Source: an uncultured Candidatus Saccharibacteria bacterium (GTDB lineage: Bacteria; Patescibacteriota; Minisyncoccia; Phycocordibacterales; PALSA-1337). From it: a stretch of DNA of 64,000 nucleotides. The stretch is from contig CAZRIX010000001.1 in the NCBI GenBank assembly GCA_964600255.1, positions 118,542 to 182,541 of the forward strand. Direction: 5' to 3'. Every line of letters begins with the position of its first letter. The first letter of the stretch is position 1. The translations under genes and the position numbers were made by a program. A model generated the notes under the pieces. That model saw only the letters and a program-made list of their open reading frames with translations. It was not told where the DNA came from and ran no database searches. Below are positions 21,081-31,820 of the stretch, in pieces.

Positions 21081-22516
21081 TTTTTACTTTTGAGAATAAC
21101 GTAACTATTCACTGACTTGTACTCTACATAGTTTGAAGCTATCTGAGGATTCTCTGCAAGCTTTCTAGCGTTTATTATCAGTACATCTGGAATACCTTTT
21201 CTTAGAACCTCTATTTGTTCCGTGCCGAATCCGAGAGATTCTGTTGGTTGCAAGTACTGATAAAAATTCTGATTAGGCAAAAATATCGTAACCTCAGGCA
21301 CATCGTAGACAAAGAAAGTACTGTTTTTTGGGAGATCAGACAAAGCCCTATTTAGATCATAAGATATGTTGCTATTGTAATGAGAAGCTACCCATGAACT
21401 AAAGAATAGTTGATAACCTTGAACCAAACAGATCAATGCAACTATAGCTGTTACAAGGTATTTGGATATATTTTTGTACTTAGCAACAAGCTCAGATTCG
21501 AACAAAACATATAAGTTGTTTATAAAGAATACAATAGCCAACACCTCACCTACAAAGTAATATCTGTACCAGCCGGCAGTTCTAAGATATGCCAGTGTCA
21601 CTAGTATTGAAAATACAAATGCAATAGACTCAACTAGACTTATACTGCCCTTCCTCACGATTCTGTATATATAAGACGCAATCCATACTAGCTGGAAGAA
21701 TGCAAAATAAATTGGACTAGCTTCGTGAAAAAAACGTAAGAAGTTATTCCAAATCACGGTGGTAATATTTTGTAAACCATAAGGATTGGCGTAGTATCCT
21801 AGAATACTCAATGTATTGTCTGAAGATAAAAACTGAAACTTGAACCACAGTGCCATCGGTATAACAAATGCAACAAAACCGTAAGAGAGGAATTTCCAAT
21901 TAAAAGAGATTTCCTTTCTATGAATCAGTACAGCAACTACAACTGCGCCACCAAGTAAGAAAAATATCGGTTTGGTAGCTAAACATAGTCCTCCAAATAG
22001 GCCGGACATAATGTATGGCAAGACTCTAGAATAATTTGTTTTAACTATTGAATTAACCGATACTAGAAATGTAAATAGATAAAATAACCCTGGTATTTCA
22101 CCTAATACACTTTTACCGTTACCATAGAGTATTGGAAAAGTCACAATTAATAGCAAACTTACAAGTGCTTTATTTGTCCCAAAAAGCTGTTTGACGAGAT
22201 AATAAATAGAATACAATAACAGAAGAATAAATACCGCCATCACGATTCTAGCCTGAAATATGCCGATACCAAAGATATCGATAGAAAATGCTATAGGAAA
22301 TATAAATGGAAAGCCACCTGTTACAAAGCCGCTAGAAACCAGTATGTCTGGCGCTACCTGTATACCCTGACGACCGTACACAGCCTGACTTATGGCTATT
22401 TGGTTGTATATACCCTCATCATACCAAACAGGCGGGCTCTCAGTTAGCTTAAAGAGTGATAAATAGGCACCAAAACATAGTAGAATAGTCAGGATTATCT
22501 TTGATTTTCTGTTCAT
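21077..22516 (-). CDS. GT-C fold glycosyltransferase, family 39/83 (ArnT/PMT-like)
   Basis: 479 aa, polytopic, with an early extracytoplasmic-loop motif PPVWYDEGIY typical of ArnT/PMT enzymes. A 4-nt overlap with the GtrB-like gene. Confidence 0.7.
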   Translation of the reverse strand: MNRKSKIILTILLCFGAYLSLFKLTESPPVWYDEGIYNQIAISQAVYGRQGIQVAPDILVSSGFVTGGFPFIFPIAFSIDIFGIGIFQARIVMAVFILLLLYSIYYLVKQLFGTNKALVSLLLIVTFPILYGNGKSVLGEIPGLFYLFTFLVSVNSIVKTNYSRVLPYIMSGLFGGLCLATKPIFFLLGGAVVVAVLIHRKEISFNWKFLSYGFVAFVIPMALWFKFQFLSSDNTLSILGYYANPYGLQNITTVIWNNFLRFFHEASPIYFAFFQLVWIASYIYRIVRKGSISLVESIAFVFSILVTLAYLRTAGWYRYYFVGEVLAIVFFINNLYVLFESELVAKYKNISKYLVTAIVALICLVQGYQLFFSSWVASHYNSNISYDLNRALSDLPKNSTFFVYDVPEVTIFLPNQNFYQYLQPTESLGFGTEQIEVLRKGIPDVLIINARKLAENPQIASNYVEYKSVNSYVILKSKK

Positions 22517-22564
22517 TTCAGTATATTGTTACATGTATTATACTTATTGAGATTCAATAAATCA

Positions 22565-23452
22565 ATGAAGAAACTAATCAAAAAACCACTCAATATAATC
22601 CTATCTATCCTACCCCTTTCGTTCGCAAATTACGTTTACACAAAAATTATTGGCAAGACACCATTAATTCACTTTGTTAATAAAATCATCAAACTGACTA
22701 TCCCGAAAGAACTGAACATAGAAGAAGGTAAAATAATATTAAACCAGGACGATGTAGCGGTTTCTGGCATGCTGGCACTAGGTGCATTTGAACCATATCA
22801 AATGGCATTATTCAGAAAAACCATAAAGCCGGGAATGACAATTGTAGACATTGGAGCAAATATTGGTCTATACAGTGTAATAGCTGGCAAACTAACAGGA
22901 AAAAATGGTAGAGTGTTCTCTTTTGAGCCAGAAAAGAAGAATTTTGAATACTTAAATAAGAATGTAAATGCAAATAATCTAAAGAATGTTCAAGTAGATA
23001 CCACAGCAATTTCAAATGAGAAAGCTACTAGAAATCTATTTCTATTTTCTGATAATACAGGCTCATATTCTCTAGTGGACAATAGAAAGACAAATATCTC
23101 AGTACAGGTACAGACCGACACACTCGATAATATACTAAAATTGAAGGCAGTAGATCATGTCGATTTCATAAAAATGGATATCGAAGGAGCTGAGTATCTA
23201 GCCTTTGAAGGAATGACCGAGATTATAAATAGAAGCAAAAAACTGACAATGATGATTGAGTTCTTCCCGAATGCGATCAAGAGATTCAATAAAGAACCGC
23301 TACAATTTTTAAATAAAATAAAATCATTAGGTTTTAAAATTTCAGAGATAAGTGAAGATAATAAAACAACCATTGAGATTACTGATTTAGATAAATTCCT
23401 ACGTGATTTTCCAAAAGGTGAAGTAGCGACTAACCTTTTACTAGAAAAATAG
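22565..23452 (+). CDS. FkbM-family methyltransferase
   Basis: DIGANIGLYSV...FSFEPEKKNFEYL...MDIEGAE pattern. Confidence 0.75.
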   Translation: MKKLIKKPLNIILSILPLSFANYVYTKIIGKTPLIHFVNKIIKLTIPKELNIEEGKIILNQDDVAVSGMLALGAFEPYQMALFRKTIKPGMTIVDIGANIGLYSVIAGKLTGKNGRVFSFEPEKKNFEYLNKNVNANNLKNVQVDTTAISNEKATRNLFLFSDNTGSYSLVDNRKTNISVQVQTDTLDNILKLKAVDHVDFIKMDIEGAEYLAFEGMTEIINRSKKLTMMIEFFPNAIKRFNKEPLQFLNKIKSLGFKISEISEDNKTTIEITDLDKFLRDFPKGEVATNLLLEK

Positions 23453-23461
23453 AGTTTTGTT

Positions 23462-24694
23462 TTATTTGTACAAGACTTCGTATTCCTCAACCTGCTTTTC
23501 AATATTAAACTTCTCCACAACCCTCTCATATCCTGCATCACCAAACTTTTTTGCTAGACTGTCATCTGAAAGTAATCGATGTATATTATCCGCAAAAGTC
23601 TGGATATCAAATGGATTAATGATATAACCAGTCTCATTATCAACTACCACTTCCCTTGCACCACCAAAACAGGTTGCAATCACTGGTTTTTTGCTTATCA
23701 TAGCTTCTAGATTTACCATGCCAAATGTATCAAAGCATACAGATGGAAATACCACCAAGTCGGCAGATGAATATACCACCGGTAACTGACCTTCGTTCAA
23801 CCAACCTGTACTTATTACTTTTATATTATTACTTTGCGCCTGCTTTACAATATTCCTTGTATAGTCATCCATTTGGCCGACTATTATCAGAGCGATATTT
23901 GTTATTTTTGATGTTATAGAAGCCAAAGCATTTATTAGTTGCTCTCCTCCTTTAGCTTTCGTTAGTTTACCTGCAAAAAGGATAACCTTATCTCCTACTA
24001 TATTATTCTCCAACCTATACTTTTCAACTAGTTTTTGATCCACCTTCCAGATATCTGCATCCAGAGCGTTGTGCACAACTTGGATATTTTTAATACCGTT
24101 AACCTCAAGAGCTTTTTTTAGCTCATTACTAACAGCACATACTTTATCTACATACCTTAGATAGAACTTTATGATCGCATTTCTGAAAGGATTATATCTC
24201 TTTCTAAAAGTCTTAAGTTGAGATATTGGACTGACTTTATAGTTAAAATTGTCTAGTTTCTTTATATCACTCTCATCTATAAAGTCGGTGAACTTACCGT
24301 AGTGAAATAGCATGCAGTCATGTGCGGTTAAGATCACTTTTGCACCATAATTTTTCGAAATTCGAAGTGAATTGTATGAAATATAGTTATGGATATTGTG
24401 TGCATGTACTACATCTGGTTTGACCTCCTCTACTATTTTTTTTACAAACTTACTAGATATTGGATTGTATAAAGACAGATAACCTCTCCACTTTTCACCG
24501 TAATTCACCTTATATGCATAAATCTTTATACCGTCTATTACACTAGTGATTGCATCTTTCTCATTCCTTACAGCTGTAACAACTGAAACGTCATGTCCTT
24601 TGTGCACCATACCTCTGGCAACATTAAAAGCTACAGCAGCTGCGCCTCCTTGAGCAAATGGTGGAAAATCATCAGATAAAATTAGTATTTTCAT
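23462..24694 (-). CDS. Glycosyltransferase family 4
   Basis: MKILILSDDFPPFAQGGAA N-terminus and a C-terminal GT1 domain (FPSVCFDTFGMVNLEAM). Confidence 0.85.
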   Translation of the reverse strand: MKILILSDDFPPFAQGGAAAVAFNVARGMVHKGHDVSVVTAVRNEKDAITSVIDGIKIYAYKVNYGEKWRGYLSLYNPISSKFVKKIVEEVKPDVVHAHNIHNYISYNSLRISKNYGAKVILTAHDCMLFHYGKFTDFIDESDIKKLDNFNYKVSPISQLKTFRKRYNPFRNAIIKFYLRYVDKVCAVSNELKKALEVNGIKNIQVVHNALDADIWKVDQKLVEKYRLENNIVGDKVILFAGKLTKAKGGEQLINALASITSKITNIALIIVGQMDDYTRNIVKQAQSNNIKVISTGWLNEGQLPVVYSSADLVVFPSVCFDTFGMVNLEAMISKKPVIATCFGGAREVVVDNETGYIINPFDIQTFADNIHRLLSDDSLAKKFGDAGYERVVEKFNIEKQVEEYEVLYK

Positions 24695-25815
24695 TTTAAT
24701 AATTCATCAACAAACGGATAGACCATTTCTGGCTTTATATTATCAATATGGCTTCTGGCTATTTCTTTATTATACGTTCTAGAATTCATTATATGTATTT
24801 CTGGTTTTCTACCTTCTATATATACTAATTTATGAATATCACCTCTTGGAGGCTGCTCATTCTCATCCATTGATCCTATTATATCAATTGTTGGTACATT
24901 GAAAGCCTCTGCAACATATATCAAACCTGTATCTACAGCTATTAGCAGATTCATTTTTGAGACGAATGCTTTGATTTCTGACATATTGAACTTACTGTTC
25001 GCATTTATGACTCGGTCTTCGCCAACAAAATCACTCATGATTTTTTCACAAACTTCCTTATCTTGCTTTGCGCCTAATAGAAAAACTTTTGAATCGAAAT
25101 TCTTGAGAATGTATTTAGTAATAAGAGTGAAGTTATTAGTGTCCCAGTACTTTATTGAATTTCCTACGCCAGGTACGATTGCCACATTATATTTATGAGA
25201 AGCTCCCGAACTTCCAAGAAAACTATCAGCAGCACTCATATCTTTTGCTGAGTAAGACAGATTCTTCCTTGTAATATCGCTAGATATTCCTATTGGTTCC
25301 AACAACTTCAAATATTCTCTAGGTGCGTAATTGCCCATTATATGTGGCACGACCGTGAGTAATGGAAACATCAATCTATATGATTTTGTTTGGTATGGAG
25401 AGAATCCATTTTCAACTCTTGGTACCGTAATCACTTTTACACCAGCCAGAAAAAAAGTTGCTGATGCAATAAAGCTTGGTGTTGTTATAACGGCTGCATC
25501 ATATTTGTTTTCCCTGATTGAAGAAATATTCTTAAACAAGTCCATTTCATTCCATGAGATATAGTCGTCTACATCTGTATTACCCGCAAGCAAATCTTTG
25601 TATATAGCACCAGCACACACAGTAACTTTTATATTCCTATCGAAATCCTTAATGGCTCTATAAATAGGTGTGGCACACACCATATCACCCAGCTTGGAAG
25701 CAGGCATAACGACAATCTTTGTAACCTTACTGCCCTTTACTTTTGATCTACCGCGCACGATAGCGTACAAGTATGAAATGCCTACCAGTAATATATTTTT
25801 AATAAAATTAGTCAT
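24691..25815 (-). CDS. Glycosyltransferase family 9 (heptosyltransferase-like)
   Basis: KLGDMVCATP motif near the N-terminus and a GT9 length and pattern. ATGA overlap with the neighbour. Confidence 0.7.
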   Translation of the reverse strand: MTNFIKNILLVGISYLYAIVRGRSKVKGSKVTKIVVMPASKLGDMVCATPIYRAIKDFDRNIKVTVCAGAIYKDLLAGNTDVDDYISWNEMDLFKNISSIRENKYDAAVITTPSFIASATFFLAGVKVITVPRVENGFSPYQTKSYRLMFPLLTVVPHIMGNYAPREYLKLLEPIGISSDITRKNLSYSAKDMSAADSFLGSSGASHKYNVAIVPGVGNSIKYWDTNNFTLITKYILKNFDSKVFLLGAKQDKEVCEKIMSDFVGEDRVINANSKFNMSEIKAFVSKMNLLIAVDTGLIYVAEAFNVPTIDIIGSMDENEQPPRGDIHKLVYIEGRKPEIHIMNSRTYNKEIARSHIDNIKPEMVYPFVDELLK

Positions 25816-26947
25816 GTATAAATTTTAGAATATTTCTTGCACGAATTTCCCAAGTGTACTGTTGAACATCTATTAATGCTTGCTTTGACTTTTGATTTAG
25901 ACTTTCTACATCAGCGAGAGCCACTTTTATTGTATTACCTAGATCTACTGGATCATCAGGCTGAAAGAAAGTTGCATTCCCCTCATTTAGCACTTCACGT
26001 AAAGACGGCAGGTCTGATGCAAGTATAGGGACACCACTAGCCATGTATTCAAATAATTTTAGAGGAGATGTGTTGTACTTTGATATACGCTCCTTAGCGG
26101 AATTTGGAATCACTAGAATATCAGCCGACTTCAAATAATGCGATATCTCTTCATGCTTCTTGTAGCCTGTAATCACGATATTATCGGAATAACTCTTGTT
26201 AGCACAGAATTGCCTAAACTGTGGCAATGTATCATCAGATCCTCCAACAATAACTAGAACTATATCATCTGAAAGATTTTGGAATGAGTCTACTAAGTTA
26301 TATACTCCCTTCCAAGGAAAAAGATTGCCTAAGTACAGTACTATTTTTTTATCATTTGGTAGTCCCAACTTATTTCTGATAGTGTACTTGTCTTCTTTAA
26401 CACTATCAAACAATGTAAGATCTACTGCATCTGGTGCAATATGTATATCATCCTTATTATAGCCAATACCAATCAATTCCTCTTTTAGAAAACTTGTAAT
26501 AACAATAATTTTCTTTGCCAACCTGATCCATCGAATATAGAAAGAATCACTCTTTGAAAGGTAGTGTATTTCTAGGAAAAGTTTAGCTGTTTTTAATCGT
26601 AAAAAAAGTAGTGGTAAAATATCTCTACTATAACAAGTATCAGCTTTTTCAATCTTTAATCTAAACACAGATATAGAAAACGAAATCTTCTCAATCAAGA
26701 AAGGTATTATATCTCCTAGAAATCTGAAATGCGCAGCTTGAATCACAGGTATGTAAATCACGGAAAAATTATTAGGTATTCCATAGTAAGCATACAAATC
26801 CTCAGAAATATCAACTTCCTTAATAACTTTCTTAGGTATTACCAATGTAACCTTTTCTGTATTTGCAAAAGTACTACACATTTTGGCAACAGCATAACCG
26901 AACGCCTTCTTTGTTGGTAAGTTTGCATGTGTAATATAGTAAAGCAT
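25808..26947 (-). CDS. Glycosyltransferase family 4
   Basis: C-terminal E...FEYMASGVPILASD GT1 motif. Confidence 0.75.
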   Translation of the reverse strand: MLYYITHANLPTKKAFGYAVAKMCSTFANTEKVTLVIPKKVIKEVDISEDLYAYYGIPNNFSVIYIPVIQAAHFRFLGDIIPFLIEKISFSISVFRLKIEKADTCYSRDILPLLFLRLKTAKLFLEIHYLSKSDSFYIRWIRLAKKIIVITSFLKEELIGIGYNKDDIHIAPDAVDLTLFDSVKEDKYTIRNKLGLPNDKKIVLYLGNLFPWKGVYNLVDSFQNLSDDIVLVIVGGSDDTLPQFRQFCANKSYSDNIVITGYKKHEEISHYLKSADILVIPNSAKERISKYNTSPLKLFEYMASGVPILASDLPSLREVLNEGNATFFQPDDPVDLGNTIKVALADVESLNQKSKQALIDVQQYTWEIRARNILKFIHD

Positions 26948-26948
26948 T

Positions 26949-28004
26949 TTATTTATTAAATATGTTACTTAGATTCTTGCCCATCAATTTTGTAGAAAAT
27001 TCTTGTTCAGCTTTTGTTCTAGCATTATGCACCAACATATTTCCACTCATCTGCATATTTGCTATAGCATCAATTATACCAGTTACATCATATGGTTCCA
27101 CCATCAAAAAATGAGTGCCAGGAACACCGTAGTCTCTCAAATACGCCTTATTGGTCACGATTACGGGCAATCCGCAAGCAAATGAATCTAGTAGTACGGT
27201 TTGACCAGAACAGTCAGATCCATCAGAGTATTCATCCTTATGTGTGATAAGTAGCATCATTCGAGCTTCATTGTACTTTTCTCGCAACTCCTGTGAAGAT
27301 AGATCAAAAAAGACTTTTACATTGCTTGGTATATCTATAATTCCTTCCAGATTACGTTTACTCAACACCAATTGAAAATTCTGATTTGGCATTTGTCTAG
27401 CAACATCCACAATGGTTTTATAATCTCTACCGTTGTCCCGTCCTACCGAAAGAATATAGTCTTTTCTATTATCGAATTTTGCACCATAGAAATCCACATC
27501 GACACCTAGTGGTATATACAAAAGTTTACTTTGGTCTATGCCATGTTTTTCTCTCAGCTGATCCTGTTGAACATGTGAAAGTGACACTACCGTATCTATA
27601 CTATTGAGCAGAACTTTTGATAGCCTATATAAAAATCTATTACTTTTCTGCGACTGATTTAACAGTCTATTCAATGATATATTCAGTAGTATAAATTCCT
27701 TCTTTGATCTAAAAACCTTTTTAAAGATTACGGTGTATAACAGTGAAGATCCGAACACAATATCTACGTTCTTAGTATAAAAATACAACAACAGGTGCTT
27801 TAATCTAAAATCCAACCTTTCACCGAATATTCTGTACCAGAAAGTATCAGCGAACTCAACCGTGCTTACCTCAATAGACGAATCGATGTGATTCATACCA
27901 TAAAGCTGGGTATCTGGGGCCTTTTTTTGACCAACCTGCTCCATCATACTTTTCCTTTTTCCAGAGAAAATAAAAAGTACTTTTCTATTATTCTTGTACA
28001 TCAT
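26949..28004 (-). CDS. Glycosyltransferase (GT4-like)
   Basis: C-terminal DSFACGLPVIVTN region. Weaker match. Confidence 0.6.
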   Translation of the reverse strand: MMYKNNRKVLFIFSGKRKSMMEQVGQKKAPDTQLYGMNHIDSSIEVSTVEFADTFWYRIFGERLDFRLKHLLLYFYTKNVDIVFGSSLLYTVIFKKVFRSKKEFILLNISLNRLLNQSQKSNRFLYRLSKVLLNSIDTVVSLSHVQQDQLREKHGIDQSKLLYIPLGVDVDFYGAKFDNRKDYILSVGRDNGRDYKTIVDVARQMPNQNFQLVLSKRNLEGIIDIPSNVKVFFDLSSQELREKYNEARMMLLITHKDEYSDGSDCSGQTVLLDSFACGLPVIVTNKAYLRDYGVPGTHFLMVEPYDVTGIIDAIANMQMSGNMLVHNARTKAEQEFSTKLMGKNLSNIFNK

Positions 28005-29808
28005 AAAGTTTTGACCAGATCTGGAAAGTGATCAGGGCCCAAATCGTATTTAGATTATACTTCTTCTTACTAACATGATCGTCTAACATTTTATTTATCT
28101 CTACCCAATCAAAAACACCAGATGTGCCAGGAGCATACTCAGCTGACAGTATATTCCTCGTCATAGCCAAGAATTCAGGATGTCGGAGCCACTTTGCGGC
28201 AGGAGTGAAGAAACCTCTTTTAGGTTGCTTGAAAAGATACTCCGGTAAAGTATTCTTGAATGCACTTTTCAGTAGTTTCTTATTTGTGAAAAATGATAAC
28301 TTTCTATGTGCAGGAATGGACGATGCATAACTCACAACTTCTTTATCAAGAAAAGGAACTCTTGCTTCCAGTCCATGCGCCATAGACATAGTGTCTGACA
28401 GCATCAAAGCAAAATCTACCAACCAAACTCTCCTATCAGTTTCCATTATCGCCTCTTCAAAATTTCTCCCGACTAGATACTTGCCGAGACAATCTCCAGT
28501 AACCTTATTATCAAAATACTGAGGCTTTATAACCTTTTCGAACATGTCAGTTTTTTGAAACAAAAACTGTGTATAGCGATCTATCCATTCTCTCTTTGAG
28601 ATTTTTGCGAATCTAGAATTAATCTTTGCCAAAAGTTTCGTTACGTGTGATGGCAAAATCTGATACATGCTAGCTATGTAGCTTAGGCGATATCTATCAT
28701 AACCTCCGAATAACTCATCTCCACCGTCTCCACAAAGCACTACGGTTACATACTTCTTTGTTTCTTTGGATAGTGCGAACAAGGCACAAGCAGTGGCATT
28801 AGAAATGGGCTCATCCATATGATAGATAACTTTTTCGAGAGATTCCATCACATCCTTTGATGATATAGATATTTCGTGATGATCGGTATTATATCTCTTA
28901 GCAGTTTCGCGAGCGAGATCCAGATCCTTGTTGTACTTACCAGCATCTTCACCATCTGAAAGTGTAAATCCTACTGAAAAAGTCTTTATATTCTTGTGTT
29001 TGCGAGACATACAATCCAAAATCACACTCGAGTCTATTCCACCAGATAAATAAACACCAACTGGTCTATCTGATACTAGTTGCCTTTCAACTGCTTCAGA
29101 GACCTTGATATTGATACTCTCGATTATTTCACTAGTACCTGCTTTTGTTAGATTTGGATTATTCACAAAGTATGTTTGAATATCCAACTTACCATTTTTA
29201 AAATATGCATAGCTTCCTTGCGGAAGTTTAAGGACATCTTGGAACATAGTAAAAGGCTCTGGAACAAACAATAGTCTCAAATAGTGATTCAGACTCGATA
29301 CAGATAACTTACGAGAGATCTTTGACCAAGTCAAAATACTCTTGATCTCTGAGGAAAATATTAGATCACCATCCTTTACGGAATAGTATAAAGGTTTGAT
29401 ACCCGCATGGTCTCGAGCCAAGAAAAGTGATTGTTCTTGTTTATCCCAAATAGCCAATGCAAACATTCCATTAAACTTTTGCAAACAATCCTTGCCCCAC
29501 TTTGCATATGCCTCTATAACAACCTCGGTATCGCCGGTTGAGGTAAAATTAACTTCACTTAATTCTTTTTTAATATCTTGAAAATTATACAATTCCCCAT
29601 TGTATACAATTTCATAACGACCATCCTTGCTCTGCATTGGCTGCGATGATGCATTTGATATATCTATAATACTCAAACGATTCTGCCCTAGACTAACACC
29701 CTCTGATAACCAGAAATTACTCGCATCAGGACCACGATGTTTATTCGCATCGTTCATTTTGACGATTAAATCTTTGTCTTCAAATGTAAATCCATTTATT
29801 CCACACAT
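27988..29808 (-). CDS. asnB: Asparagine synthase (glutamine-hydrolysing) family amidotransferase
   Basis: N-terminal MCGI nucleophile Cys2 and SGGIDSS PP-loop motif. 606 aa. Confidence 0.9.
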   Translation of the reverse strand: MCGINGFTFEDKDLIVKMNDANKHRGPDASNFWLSEGVSLGQNRLSIIDISNASSQPMQSKDGRYEIVYNGELYNFQDIKKELSEVNFTSTGDTEVVIEAYAKWGKDCLQKFNGMFALAIWDKQEQSLFLARDHAGIKPLYYSVKDGDLIFSSEIKSILTWSKISRKLSVSSLNHYLRLLFVPEPFTMFQDVLKLPQGSYAYFKNGKLDIQTYFVNNPNLTKAGTSEIIESINIKVSEAVERQLVSDRPVGVYLSGGIDSSVILDCMSRKHKNIKTFSVGFTLSDGEDAGKYNKDLDLARETAKRYNTDHHEISISSKDVMESLEKVIYHMDEPISNATACALFALSKETKKYVTVVLCGDGGDELFGGYDRYRLSYIASMYQILPSHVTKLLAKINSRFAKISKREWIDRYTQFLFQKTDMFEKVIKPQYFDNKVTGDCLGKYLVGRNFEEAIMETDRRVWLVDFALMLSDTMSMAHGLEARVPFLDKEVVSYASSIPAHRKLSFFTNKKLLKSAFKNTLPEYLFKQPKRGFFTPAAKWLRHPEFLAMTRNILSAEYAPGTSGVFDWVEINKMLDDHVSKKKYNLNTIWALITFQIWSKLYDVQE

Positions 29809-29809
29809 A

Positions 29810-30574
29810 TTATTTTTGTATCCAAATATAGCTAGTATCTCCTGTACCAGGGATGATATACGCTAGCATTCTAAACAAACTAACATGCCATTTCTTAAAA
29901 TCTTTGCTGAAATGAGGTTTTGTAGTTTGTTTTGCACTCGCCTCAATTACTTTTGTATTAGCTGACTCAGCAATCATCTTTAATTCATGTGGATTGTATT
30001 CCCTCCAATGTCCATTGAAGGATTCACCATTTATATAAAATGCTTCTACATTTGCCATAGGAGCTCTACCGAAAAACATTCTAAATCTATTTAATAAATT
30101 CGAAACATTTGGTGTGGCAATATAAACCTTGCCACCTGACCCAACAAAACTCAATAGATTCTCTATGAAATTTCGCAAGTAGCGCTGATGCTCTATAACA
30201 GCAACGCTGACTACAACATCAAACTTTCTTCCATCTGGACCAGATAGTACATCGCCAGATGAAATATTTAGCTTGTTACTTTCCCAAACTTTCTTTAATC
30301 CATCAATATCCGATACATTGTATGAATTTTTTGGTTCAAATACATATTTATCTACTCCACAAACATCAAAGCCGAGATTCTTTAATGCTAATGCCAATAT
30401 TCCTATACCACAACCAACATCTATTATCCTATCTGACTTTGAAACGTGGCTCACGATAGTACTTAGATGAAATAGATTACTATCGAACTCCCACCTTTGT
30501 TTATTTGAGTACGGTGCTAGACTTTTATACGAATTATCTAGAGCTTTATAGATATCATTAGATTGGAATTCCAT
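29810..30574 (-). CDS. Class I SAM-dependent methyltransferase
   Basis: Motif I IIDVGCGIGILA and acidic motif II VCGVD. Confidence 0.75.
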   Translation of the reverse strand: MEFQSNDIYKALDNSYKSLAPYSNKQRWEFDSNLFHLSTIVSHVSKSDRIIDVGCGIGILALALKNLGFDVCGVDKYVFEPKNSYNVSDIDGLKKVWESNKLNISSGDVLSGPDGRKFDVVVSVAVIEHQRYLRNFIENLLSFVGSGGKVYIATPNVSNLLNRFRMFFGRAPMANVEAFYINGESFNGHWREYNPHELKMIAESANTKVIEASAKQTTKPHFSKDFKKWHVSLFRMLAYIIPGTGDTSYIWIQK

Positions 30575-30590
30575 GCTAAAAGATTAGCAT

Positions 30591-31820
30591 TTATAAGGCT
30601 TTTTGAAAAGAATCTATCACCTGACTTACTGTCATATCGAGCTCGGTATTTGAGAAATTCTCCCTAGAGAGTCTTAGGGCATTTTCAGACAATTTCTTCC
30701 TAAGATTGATATCCTTAAGCATTACCAGAGATTCAGAAAATTCTCGAGGATCCGAAGCAAACATCACATCGGTACCGTGACTAAATGAATACTCGCCAAT
30801 CCCTCTTTCTGAAGTAATGGTTGGAAATCCTCTAGTCAATGATTCAAAAATCTTCTGTTGCATACCTGCCCCGAACAAAGATGGGATCAGAGCTATATCC
30901 ATTTTTGACATGAATTCATCTATATTCTCAACAAAACCCACATACTCAACATTGTTGACCAAGTACTTATTAAATTCTGTTGGAAATTTATTGCCAATGA
31001 TATAGAACCTGAAGTCATCAGGGTTGGTCTTATAAATCTCTGGTGCGATCCGTAGCAAGACTTCAAGTAAAGCTTGTTTATTATGCTCAACCGTATATGT
31101 TGAACCCATGAAGAATACATTTAAAACTTTCTTGTCTTGAACTTGGTGTGGCTTGTCCAAGTAACTAGGTAGAGATCGAAGTGGTAGATTCGCAACTTTA
31201 TTTGCTCCAAGTTTCAAGTATATTTTTCTTTCCTTTGGTGTTATAGAAAATATAGCGTCGCTTTTCTTGGAAACAATGTACTCGCCTATAAATTTTGGAA
31301 TGTATTTGATCAGGTTAATAATACTTTTACCATCTTCTTCTATAAAATGATTTGGTTCAAAATTTATTGAACGTGTAACGATAGGTATGCCCGCACTCTC
31401 CACAAGATGATATAGTGGCCATAAGTAGCTATATTCAAACCATACCAGGTCCGGCCTCCAGCTATCAATCTCCCACTTTAATGCATTCTGAATACCTATC
31501 TCACTATATTCAAAAGCAGCGCCATCCACATACAGTGGATTGCCTAATTTTCTAAAAAACTTATCAAACTTATCCTTTGTAGAAAGCTTTTTATTACTAT
31601 ACTTATATGGAACTCCGATAATCTTTATATTCAACTCGTCTGCAATTTGTTTTACAAAATCAACACTCTGCCATTCGTTTGACTTAGCAATAACTCGAAC
31701 ATCATGACCCAACTTTATAAGCTGCTTTATTCCACATGCCCTATCCATCTGTTCAGCCCCTCTATAAGGAAAAGGTAGAGCCGGCATTACCATCAAAATT
31801 TTCTTTTTTGTTACTTCCAT
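30591..31820 (-). CDS. Glycosyltransferase (GT4/GT-B fold)
   Basis: N-terminal Rossmann-like KILMVMPALPFPYRGAEQ and a C-terminal E...FESLTRGFP region. Confidence 0.6.
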   Translation of the reverse strand: MEVTKKKILMVMPALPFPYRGAEQMDRACGIKQLIKLGHDVRVIAKSNEWQSVDFVKQIADELNIKIIGVPYKYSNKKLSTKDKFDKFFRKLGNPLYVDGAAFEYSEIGIQNALKWEIDSWRPDLVWFEYSYLWPLYHLVESAGIPIVTRSINFEPNHFIEEDGKSIINLIKYIPKFIGEYIVSKKSDAIFSITPKERKIYLKLGANKVANLPLRSLPSYLDKPHQVQDKKVLNVFFMGSTYTVEHNKQALLEVLLRIAPEIYKTNPDDFRFYIIGNKFPTEFNKYLVNNVEYVGFVENIDEFMSKMDIALIPSLFGAGMQQKIFESLTRGFPTITSERGIGEYSFSHGTDVMFASDPREFSESLVMLKDINLRKKLSENALRLSRENFSNTELDMTVSQVIDSFQKAL

